Positions 17,173 through 24,318 of a stretch of DNA of 32,729 bases are shown piece after piece. Within the stretch, counting starts at the first letter, position 1, and the number at the start of each line of letters is the position of its first letter. Under the pieces are notes generated by a model, which did not search any database, was not told the origin of the DNA, and saw nothing but the letters and a program-made list of their open reading frames with translations. The translations under genes were made by a program, and so were the position numbers. The DNA comes from Geobacter sp. UBA6169 (GTDB lineage Bacteria; Desulfobacterota; Desulfuromonadia; Geobacterales; Pseudopelobacteraceae). The stretch spans positions 6,204 to 38,932 of the forward strand of contig DIUB01000012.1 of the NCBI GenBank assembly GCA_002422265.1, read 5' to 3'.

Positions 17173-18815
17173 CCGGCCCGCGTTGCCGGCACAGTATCCG
17201 GCATATCCTTGCTGCCATCCTGGTGGCCTGCTGCTGTTTGGCCTGCAGCAGGACTGAGGCGCCTGCACCACAGCTCCCTGCCGAAGATACTGCAAGAACA
17301 ACACCTGCCTACGGTGATACACTGGTTGAAGGAACCATCGGTGAGGCATCGACCCTGATCCCGATTCTGGCCTCAGACAGTGCCTCCCACAGTGTGGCAG
17401 GCCAGATCTACAATGGCCTGGTCAAGTATGACAAGGATCTGAAAATTGTCGGTGAACTGGCCGAGTCGTTCCGGATTTCGCCCGACGGTCTGACCATAAC
17501 CTTCAAGCTGCGCAGGAATGTTACCTGGCATGACGGCAAACCGTTCAGCGCACGGGATGTCCTCTACACCTACCGGGTCATCATTGATCCCCAAACACCG
17601 ACCGCCTACTCCGAAGATTTCAAACAGGTGGCTTCGGTTACCTCTCCTGATCCTTACACCGTAGTGGTGCGCTATGCCCGCCCATATGCGCCTGCCCTGG
17701 CATCCTGGGGTGTTGCCATCCTGCCGGCTCATCTGCTTGAGGGACAGGATATCACCAAGAGTCCTCTGTCTCGCAAGCCAGTCGGCACCGGTCCGTTTCG
17801 TTTCAAGGAATGGGTGTCGGGTCAGAAGATTGTACTGGAAGCTAACCCTGACTATTTTGAAGGCCGCCCGTACCTGGATCGTTATGTCTATCGGCTGATC
17901 CCTGACACCTCAACCATGTACATGGAACTGAAGGCTGGCGGGATCGATCAGATGGGGCTAACGCCGGTACAATACGCCCGTCAGACTGATACGCTCCGGT
18001 TCAAGGCTGCCTTTCAGAAATACCGCTATCCCTCCAATGGTTACCTTTATCTAGGCTATAACCTTCGCCACCCCACCTTCAAGGACAAGCGGATCCGTCA
18101 GGCCATTACGTCAGCTATCAATAAGGACGAATTGATTCAGGGGGTGTTGTTCGGTATGGGTCAGCGTGCCCATGGTCCGATGATTCCGGGGCGCTGGGCC
18201 TATAATCCGGATGTGAGGGATATCCCGTTCGACCAGGCCCGTGCTCGTCAGCTGCTTGCTGAAGCCGGCTGGCAGCCAGGCAGTGATGGCATACTTCAGA
18301 AAGAGGGCAAGCCGCTCCGTTTTACCATTCTGACCAATCAGGGGAATCAACAGCGTCTGATGACGGCCCAGATTATCCAGCAACGGCTGCAACAGGTAGG
18401 AATTGATGTGCGGATCAGGATCGTGGAGTGGGCCGCTTTTCTGAAAGAGTTTATTGACAAAGGGAATTTTGAAGTAGTGTTGCTGGCTTGGCTGACCTCA
18501 CAGGATCCCGATATGTATGATATCTGGCACTCCAGCAAGACCAAGCCGGGGGAACTGAATTTTATCGGCTATAACAACCCGGAGGTTGACCGCCTGCTGG
18601 AGCAGGGACGCAGCACCTTTGATCTTGAACAGCGCAAAAAGGCATATTTCAGGATTCAGGAAATTCTGGCCGATGAACAACCCTATACCTTCCTGTATGT
18701 GCCTGATGCGTTGCCGGTGGTTTCAGCGCGGATCAAAGGGATTGAACCGGCCCCGGCCGGGATTGGCCATAATCTGATCAAGTGGTATGTGCCCAAACAG
18801 GAACAGCGCTATTGA
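17169..18815 (+). CDS. Peptide/nickel ABC transporter substrate-binding lipoprotein (family 5, AppA-like)
   Basis: Lipobox LAC; IYNGLV, LAESF, TFKLR..VTWHDGKPFSA.DV, PVGTGPF, RIRQAI; ATGA overlap with the TPR gene. Confidence 0.92.
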   Translation: MTGPRCRHSIRHILAAILVACCCLACSRTEAPAPQLPAEDTARTTPAYGDTLVEGTIGEASTLIPILASDSASHSVAGQIYNGLVKYDKDLKIVGELAESFRISPDGLTITFKLRRNVTWHDGKPFSARDVLYTYRVIIDPQTPTAYSEDFKQVASVTSPDPYTVVVRYARPYAPALASWGVAILPAHLLEGQDITKSPLSRKPVGTGPFRFKEWVSGQKIVLEANPDYFEGRPYLDRYVYRLIPDTSTMYMELKAGGIDQMGLTPVQYARQTDTLRFKAAFQKYRYPSNGYLYLGYNLRHPTFKDKRIRQAITSAINKDELIQGVLFGMGQRAHGPMIPGRWAYNPDVRDIPFDQARARQLLAEAGWQPGSDGILQKEGKPLRFTILTNQGNQQRLMTAQIIQQRLQQVGIDVRIRIVEWAAFLKEFIDKGNFEVVLLAWLTSQDPDMYDIWHSSKTKPGELNFIGYNNPEVDRLLEQGRSTFDLEQRKKAYFRIQEILADEQPYTFLYVPDALPVVSARIKGIEPAPAGIGHNLIKWYVPKQEQRY

Positions 18816-18823
18816 TCTGATGG

Positions 18824-18881
18824 TTGAAAAATACTCGCTTTTTGAAATTGTTTTTTATATATATGAATATAATAATATTAT
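18824..18881 (+). promoter_or_regulatory. AT-rich promoter/operator region with Fur-box-like site
   Basis: TTGAAATTGTTTTTTAT (18842-18858), second TTGAAA at 18824, TATAAT at 18868-18873, palindrome ATAATATTAT (18872-18881). Confidence 0.45.
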
Positions 18882-18895
18882 GAAGGAGCTTTACT

Positions 18896-19183
18896 ATGAA
18901 AATTTCAGATGCGGCAAAGGCAGCTCTGGAGCCGATTCTGGCTCAGAATCCGGGCAAGATGCTGCGGGTGGTGTTTGAAGGCTTTGGTTGAGGCGGTCCC
19001 CGTCTGGGGTTGGCTCTGGATGAGCCGAGCGAGAATGACACCCGCCTGAATCTGAACGGTATCGAACTGCTGGCAGAGAAAAGCCTGAACTCGTTCCTGG
19101 ATGGCCAGGTGATTGATTTTGTGAACTCAGGCTTCAGGGAAGGTTTTGTAATATCCCCTGAGTGGGGTTCTTCCTGCGCTTAG
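18896..19183 (+). CDS. HesB/IscA-like probable selenoprotein (in-frame TGA at codon 32), 95 aa; absent from the ORF track
   Basis: AAGGAG SD 7 nt before ATG; translation MKISDAAKAALEPILAQNPGKMLRVVFEGFG-U-GGPRLGLALDEPSENDTRLNLNGIELLAEKSLNSFLDGQVIDFVNSGFREGFVISPEWGSSCA*; TGA (18989-18991) falls at the conserved Cys of the HesB GC-G motif; the frame continues with family-like sequence. Confidence 0.88.
18992..19028 (+). other. Candidate bacterial SECIS element
   Basis: Hairpin TTGGCTC-TGGAT-GAGCCGA (19010-19028) with the loop starting 25 nt after UGA; smaller hairpin CCCC-GTCT-GGGG (18998-19009). Confidence 0.6.
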
Positions 19184-19207
19184 GGAAGGTGTTACTTGAC
19201 AGCAGAC

Positions 19208-19246
19208 ACAACAAAGGGGAGGCCGTTACGGTCTCCCCTTTGTTGT
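19208..19246. terminator. Bidirectional intrinsic terminator between the HesB-like gene and metG
   Basis: ACAACAAAGGGGAGGCCG-TTA-CGGTCTCCCCTTTGTTGT inverted repeat between convergent genes. Confidence 0.85.
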
Positions 19247-19253
19247 TGGAACG

Positions 19254-20780
19254 TTATTCTTTGGTCTCGATTCTGGGAAAGAGCGCTGCAGCCTTGGTTA
19301 TCTCAGTTTTAGGTTGCAGACCTCCCCAGACCAGATCAGACTCAGTTACCTCCTGTTGCCATCCCAGGCAGCGCAGGGCTGTGCGGGAAGTATCCGGCAT
19401 AAACGGGGCAATCAGGCTGTGGATCAGGCGTTGCGCTTCCAGCAGGCAGTACATCACCGTACCCAGTTGCTGTTGCTGAGCTGGATCCTTGGCCATGGCC
19501 CAAGGGGCGGTATCGTCAATATATTTGTTGGCGGTTGAGACAACATCCCATATGGCCTGCAGTGCCTTGCTGAAGGCCAGTTCATCCATGCAGGTGTCCA
19601 CAGCGCTCACCATTGCCACGGTCTTCTCTTTCAGGATCTGATCCTGTTCAGAAAGCGGTCCCGGTACTTGCAGCTCGCCGTTAAAGTACTTGACCAGCAT
19701 GGCAGTGGATCGGGAAAGCAGGTTGCCCAGATCATTGGCCAGATCCGAGTTGATCCGGCTGACCAAGGAGGCATGGGAAAAGTCACCATCCAGGCCGAAC
19801 GGTACCTCGCGCATCAGAAAGTAGCGCACTGCATCCACACCATAGGTGTCGATCAGCATATTGGGCTCTACCACGTTCTGCAGTGATTTTGACATCTTCT
19901 GACCTTCAACGGTCCACCAGCCGTGGGCAAAGACCTTCTTGGGCAGCGGCAGTCCGGCTGCCATCAGGAAGGTGGGCCAGTAAACCGTGTGGAATCTCAG
20001 GATATCCTTTCCGATCAGATGCACATCAACCGGCCAGAAGCGTTGATAGGTACCCTGCTGGTCAGGGTATCCCAGGGCGGTGATGTAGTTGGTCAGGGCA
20101 TCGAACCAGACATAGATGACATGGCGTTCATTGCCTGGTACCGGAATTCCCCAGGAAAAAGAGGTGCGGGAAACCGACAGGTCACGCAGACCTTCCTTGA
20201 TAAACGAGATGATCTCGTTTCGCTTGCTTTTGGGTTGAATGAATTCGGGATTGGCCTCGATATGGGCCAGCAGACGCTCACCGTAGGCACTCATTTTGAA
20301 GAAGTAGGATTCTTCCTTCAGTTTTTCCACAGGACGGTTGCAGTCTGGACAGGTGCCGTCAATGGCCTGGGTCTCTGTCCAGAAGGTTTCGCAGGGGGTA
20401 CAGTACCAGTCTTCGTATTCCCCCAGATAGATGTCACCCTGGTCAAGCAGTTGTTTGAAAATGGCTGAAACACCTTGCTTGTGACGCTCCTGGGTGGTGC
20501 GGATGAAGTCGTTGTTGGAGATACCCAGTTTTTCCCATAGGGACTGAAATCGTTTGACCACACGGTCGGCCAGCTCCAATGGCGTTTCGCCGTTAGTCTG
20601 GGCTGCCTTTTCCACCTTCTGGCCATGCTCGTCACTGCCGGTCAGGAAGAATACCTCATAGCCTTTCAATCGCTTGTAGCGTGCCAGAACATCGGCAGCC
20701 ACCGTAGTGTAGGAGTGGCCGATATGGGGCACATCATTTACATAGTAGATCGGTGTGGTAACGTAAAAACTCGGTTTCAT
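19254..20780 (-). CDS. metG: Methionine--tRNA ligase (short form)
   Basis: YVTTPIYYVN..PHIGH, TGSDEHG, CTPC...CPDC knuckle, YVWFDAL, IGKDILRFH, KMSKS. Confidence 0.98.
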   Translation of the reverse strand: MKPSFYVTTPIYYVNDVPHIGHSYTTVAADVLARYKRLKGYEVFFLTGSDEHGQKVEKAAQTNGETPLELADRVVKRFQSLWEKLGISNNDFIRTTQERHKQGVSAIFKQLLDQGDIYLGEYEDWYCTPCETFWTETQAIDGTCPDCNRPVEKLKEESYFFKMSAYGERLLAHIEANPEFIQPKSKRNEIISFIKEGLRDLSVSRTSFSWGIPVPGNERHVIYVWFDALTNYITALGYPDQQGTYQRFWPVDVHLIGKDILRFHTVYWPTFLMAAGLPLPKKVFAHGWWTVEGQKMSKSLQNVVEPNMLIDTYGVDAVRYFLMREVPFGLDGDFSHASLVSRINSDLANDLGNLLSRSTAMLVKYFNGELQVPGPLSEQDQILKEKTVAMVSAVDTCMDELAFSKALQAIWDVVSTANKYIDDTAPWAMAKDPAQQQQLGTVMYCLLEAQRLIHSLIAPFMPDTSRTALRCLGWQQEVTESDLVWGGLQPKTEITKAAALFPRIETKE

Positions 20781-20786
20781 TGCTGG

Positions 20787-21872
20787 CTACTCCTGCACAG
20801 GTTTGTCGTTGTTCTTCGGGTCTGAAGGTTTGCGGTGCCCGTGACGGCGGTTTCGCTTCTTCTTTTTGGGCTTGTCATCAGATTTCTGCTGCTGACCGTC
20901 GGTTACAATTACCGGCGGTTGCAACGGAGCTACCGCTGTTTCTAGCTGTTCTCTGGCCTGTTGCGGGGCTGGTCTCTGGCGTTTGGGAGGCGGTTGTTCC
21001 CGCTCTCGGCGAGGTGACGAAAGCTGTTCCTGTTGCCGTGGAGGTTCAGGAGGTGGTTGGCTTGGGGCACTCTCGTCAACCAGTTCCTTGACATGGACGC
21101 TGACCTGTTTGCCGTCCTCCTGTTTCAGAAGCAGTTCGCCGGTCAGGATGTTCATTTTTTCAACGGTGCCGCTGTACTGTAGCGTGCGTGCACGTTTGCC
21201 GCATTTTGGAAAACTTTTGCGCAGGTCGCAGTAGGTCTCATATTCGTAATCAAGGCAGCAAAGCAGACGACCGCATTGCCCTGATATCTTGGATGGGTTG
21301 AGGGCCAGGTTCTGTTCTTTGGCCATCTTGACCGATACCGGCTGAAAGTCACGCAGGAACGAGGCACAGCAGAGTTCCCGGCCGCAGATCCCCAGGCCGC
21401 CAACCATCTTGGCCTCGTCCCGGACGCCAATCTGTCGCATCTCGATCCTGGTGTGGAAGGTGTGGGCCAGATCCTTGACCAGCTCACGGAAATCAACCCT
21501 GCCGTCGGCGGTGAAGTAAAAAATCGCCTTGCTGCCGTCAAACAGGTTTTCGACCCGTACCAGCTTCATGTCCATGCCCCGTTCCTTGATCCGGCGCTGG
21601 CAGAATTCGTAGGCCTCTTTTTCGCGACGGCTCAGGTGAGCCAGGGTCTTTTCATCTTCAAGCCCCAGCAGGCGCTGTACCTTTGCCGGTAGCTGTGTGA
21701 AAAGGGCCTCATCCTTTTCTTCCACTCTTGAAACGACCTTACCAAGGCCCAGACCTCGTTCCGTCTCTACCACAACGCGATCACCCGGTTGCAGTTCAAG
21801 ATCGCCGGCATTGAACTCGTACATCTTGCCGGCCGGATGAAATTGTATGGAAACAACGCGAATCACTTTCAT
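20787..21872 (-). CDS. ricT: PSP1-domain protein, RicT/YaaT family
   Basis: FYFTADGRVDFRELVKDL, RIEMRQIGVRDE, GICGRELCC, KISGQCGRLLCCL.YE; lies between holB and metG. Confidence 0.92.
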   Translation of the reverse strand: MKVIRVVSIQFHPAGKMYEFNAGDLELQPGDRVVVETERGLGLGKVVSRVEEKDEALFTQLPAKVQRLLGLEDEKTLAHLSRREKEAYEFCQRRIKERGMDMKLVRVENLFDGSKAIFYFTADGRVDFRELVKDLAHTFHTRIEMRQIGVRDEAKMVGGLGICGRELCCASFLRDFQPVSVKMAKEQNLALNPSKISGQCGRLLCCLDYEYETYCDLRKSFPKCGKRARTLQYSGTVEKMNILTGELLLKQEDGKQVSVHVKELVDESAPSQPPPEPPRQQEQLSSPRREREQPPPKRQRPAPQQAREQLETAVAPLQPPVIVTDGQQQKSDDKPKKKKRNRRHGHRKPSDPKNNDKPVQE

Positions 21873-22861
21873 ATTCCCTTTCTGAGACGATCATATCCCA
21901 GCAGCAGATGTTCCAGAGCCAGCTTGGGATTGGCATTGCCCTGGACTACCCTGCGTGTGTTCAGCACCAGTTCCAGTGCGGCCATAATGTTTTCAGGGCT
22001 GAAACGGACAGCCTCGGCAGACAGCTCAGCAGCAAGAAAACGGTTGGTAACCCCTGACTGACCAACGGTGCGCAGTAGCAGCAGATCACGAACCAGTGAG
22101 ATCAGCAGGGTGCAGAGTATCAAGGTTTCTTCTCTGCCACTGCTTAAGGATTCGGCAGCATCAAAAATGGTGCTGATCTGTCGTGCATCAGCCTGTGCAA
22201 GGCAAGCCAGAAGCTCCCTGCGTTTGGATTCATCTCCCTCACTTTCAAGAGTCAGGGCGCGTTCCATACTTCCTTCGGCCAGTGGTGCCAGTTCTGCAGC
22301 AAGGGCCGGTTCAAAACCGTTGAGCTGCATGAGTTCTTCTATGACCTGATCCTGCAGTGGGCTGAAACGCAGGTGCTGGCAGCGAGAGCGGATTGTGGCA
22401 AGCAGCAGGTCAGCCTGCGTGGTCAGCAGGATGATAATGGCATGCCCCGGCGGCTCTTCCAGTGTCTTCAACAAGGCATTGGCTGACTTTTCATTCATCC
22501 GGTCTGCCGGCTCGATCAGACAGGCCTTACGGGTAGCCTCATAGGGGCGCAGTGACAACACCTGCTGCAGTTCCCGAATCTGCTCAATGCTGATATCGCG
22601 TTTGTCAGGTAACGGTGAAAGTAACTGCAGGTCAGGATGGTTGCCCGTTGCCAGCTTACGACACGATGGACAACTGCCGCAGGCATCACCGTTTACCGGC
22701 TGCGTGCAGAAAAGAACCTGGATCAGTGCCAGGGCCGTAGTGCGGCGTCCGCATCCTTCAGGCCCTTCAAACAGATAGGCATGGGCAACCCGATTGGCTG
22801 CCAGAGAACGGGTCAGGGCATTAACAATCCGTTCCTGGCCCTTGACAGTGCCCAGTTGCAT
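21869..22861 (-). CDS. holB: DNA polymerase III subunit delta'
   Basis: HAYLFEGP, zinc module C...CGSCPSC, HPD, ANALLKTLEEP, TIRSRC. Confidence 0.96.
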   Translation of the reverse strand: MQLGTVKGQERIVNALTRSLAANRVAHAYLFEGPEGCGRRTTALALIQVLFCTQPVNGDACGSCPSCRKLATGNHPDLQLLSPLPDKRDISIEQIRELQQVLSLRPYEATRKACLIEPADRMNEKSANALLKTLEEPPGHAIIILLTTQADLLLATIRSRCQHLRFSPLQDQVIEELMQLNGFEPALAAELAPLAEGSMERALTLESEGDESKRRELLACLAQADARQISTIFDAAESLSSGREETLILCTLLISLVRDLLLLRTVGQSGVTNRFLAAELSAEAVRFSPENIMAALELVLNTRRVVQGNANPKLALEHLLLGYDRLRKGI

Positions 22862-23499
22862 CAGGTTGCGTTCCCCAGCCTGGACTGCACGGCCTGCAGG
22901 ATTGTTGTTGCTACCTGGTCCTGAGGGGCAGCAGCGTTGATAACCGCAAACCGGTCCGGCTCTTCTGCTGCCAGCTGCAGGTAGCCGTTCCGCACCCGCT
23001 GATGAAAATGCAATGATTCAAGCTCAAACCGTTCCTCTTTAGGGCCGTTGCTGCCGGCGATTCGCTGTCTGGCACGTGCGAGGCCGACCTCAACCGGGCA
23101 ATCCAGCAACAGGGTCAGATCAGGGGTAAGCCCATTGCAGGCAAGATCATTCAGGGATTCCATGATTTGACGATCAATACCCCGGCCAAAGGCCTGATAG
23201 GCGCGGGTGGCGTCACTGAACCGGTCGCACAGCACCAGGGTTCCTGCCGCCAGTGATGGTTGAACAACCTCGGCCAGATGCTGGGACCGGGCTGCAGCAT
23301 ACAACATCAGTTCGGTCATCGGTACCATGGCGTGGTTATCCGCATCCAGCAGCAGACCGCGAATCTGGTCGGCAATCGGGCAGCCACCCGGCTCGCGGGT
23401 CAGCAAAACCTGACGACCCTGTTGCTGCAGCTGTGCTGCCAGCAGGTTGATCTGGGTGCTCTTGCCGCACCCTTCTATACCTTCAAAGGTAATAAACAT
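22861..23499 (-). CDS. tmk: Thymidylate kinase
   Basis: FITFEGIEGCGKST P-loop, TREPGG, CDRF, PDLT; start set to ATG 23499 (GGGAG upstream). Confidence 0.97.
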   Translation of the reverse strand: MFITFEGIEGCGKSTQINLLAAQLQQQGRQVLLTREPGGCPIADQIRGLLLDADNHAMVPMTELMLYAAARSQHLAEVVQPSLAAGTLVLCDRFSDATRAYQAFGRGIDRQIMESLNDLACNGLTPDLTLLLDCPVEVGLARARQRIAGSNGPKEERFELESLHFHQRVRNGYLQLAAEEPDRFAVINAAAPQDQVATTILQAVQSRLGNAT

Positions 23500-23520
23500 G
23501 CACTCTCCCAAAAGGGGGAC

Positions 23521-23549
23521 ATTATAGGCATCCGACTGCTTCTTGGCAA
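23521..23549 (-). promoter_or_regulatory. sigma70 promoter of tmk-holB-ricT-metG
   Basis: TTGCCA (23549-23544), 17 nt, TATAAT (23526-23521). Confidence 0.75.
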
Positions 23550-23583
23550 TTCAAATCATGAGCCTGTGCCGGTTCAAAGCCGC

Positions 23584-23612
23584 TTGCAGCAGACCGGGGC
23601 TTGCCGTATACT
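23584..23612 (+). promoter_or_regulatory. sigma70 promoter of the rnc operon
   Basis: TTGCAG (23584-23589), 17 nt, TATACT (23607-23612). Confidence 0.65.
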
Positions 23613-23622
23613 CACGCCCTCT

Positions 23623-24315
23623 ATGGAACAACCACGAGGCAAAATACTGGGGCACCAGTTCAAAAACACTGCCCTTGCCAACCAGGCACTGACCCACCGT
23701 TCCTACCTGAACGAGGTGCGCAGGGGCGGTCTGCAGGATTACCAGCGGCTTGAATTCCTGGGCGATGCCGTGCTTGGCCTGCTGTTGGCAGACCTGCTGT
23801 TTCAACGTTTTCCAGGGCTTTCCGAGGGTGATCTGTCGCGGATGCGGGCAACACTGGTTGACCAGACCCGTCTGGCTGACCTGGCAAGCGCCTGCGGTCT
23901 TGCTGATCTGATACTGCTCGGCAAAGGGGCCGAGCAGGAGGGGGGGCGCACCAATCCTTCCATACTGGCGGATGTCTTTGAAGCACTGGTTGGGGCCATC
24001 TTTTGTGATGCCGGATTGATAGCGGTACAACAGGCAGTGACTCCGCTTTATCTGCCGCTTTTGTCTGAGCTGGAACAGCTTCAGGCCCTGGTTGCCGATG
24101 CCAAAAGCAAACTGCAGGAGCTGTTGGCAGCGCGCAAACAGGGGGCCCCGCAGTATACGGTTACTCATCAGGAAGGACCGGATCATGACCGCCTTTTTGC
24201 CGTAACCGTCACGGTTGACGGCCAGCTGTTGGGTTGTGGCTATGGCCGTACTAAAAAAGCGGCGCAGCAGGCCGCTGCAGAGGCGGCCTTGCAGCAGATG
24301 TCACCGCAGGTATAG
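23623..24315 (+). CDS. rnc: Ribonuclease III
   Basis: ALTHRS, QRLEFLGDAVL signature, EGDLS, ADVFEALVGAI, dsRBD DAKSKLQE...GPDH...G.GRTKKAAQQAAA; start set to ATG 23623. Confidence 0.95.
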   Translation: MEQPRGKILGHQFKNTALANQALTHRSYLNEVRRGGLQDYQRLEFLGDAVLGLLLADLLFQRFPGLSEGDLSRMRATLVDQTRLADLASACGLADLILLGKGAEQEGGRTNPSILADVFEALVGAIFCDAGLIAVQQAVTPLYLPLLSELEQLQALVADAKSKLQELLAARKQGAPQYTVTHQEGPDHDRLFAVTVTVDGQLLGCGYGRTKKAAQQAAAEAALQQMSPQV

Positions 24316-24318
24316 TAT

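Noticed and set aside
18787-18978. 63-aa ORF from the track
   Set aside because: It crosses the AT-rich promoter region and overlaps the better-supported HesB-like gene in another frame; no motif.
18896-19183. Simple nonsense pseudogene reading of the HesB-like gene
   Set aside because: The only lesion is TGA exactly at the conserved Cys position, with downstream hairpins, an intact SD and a terminator. Sec recoding is more parsimonious, though sel genes cannot be verified in this window.
23260-23622. 121-aa N-terminal extension of RNase III
   Set aside because: It is antisense to tmk and runs across both promoters; RNase III homology begins only near ATG 23623.
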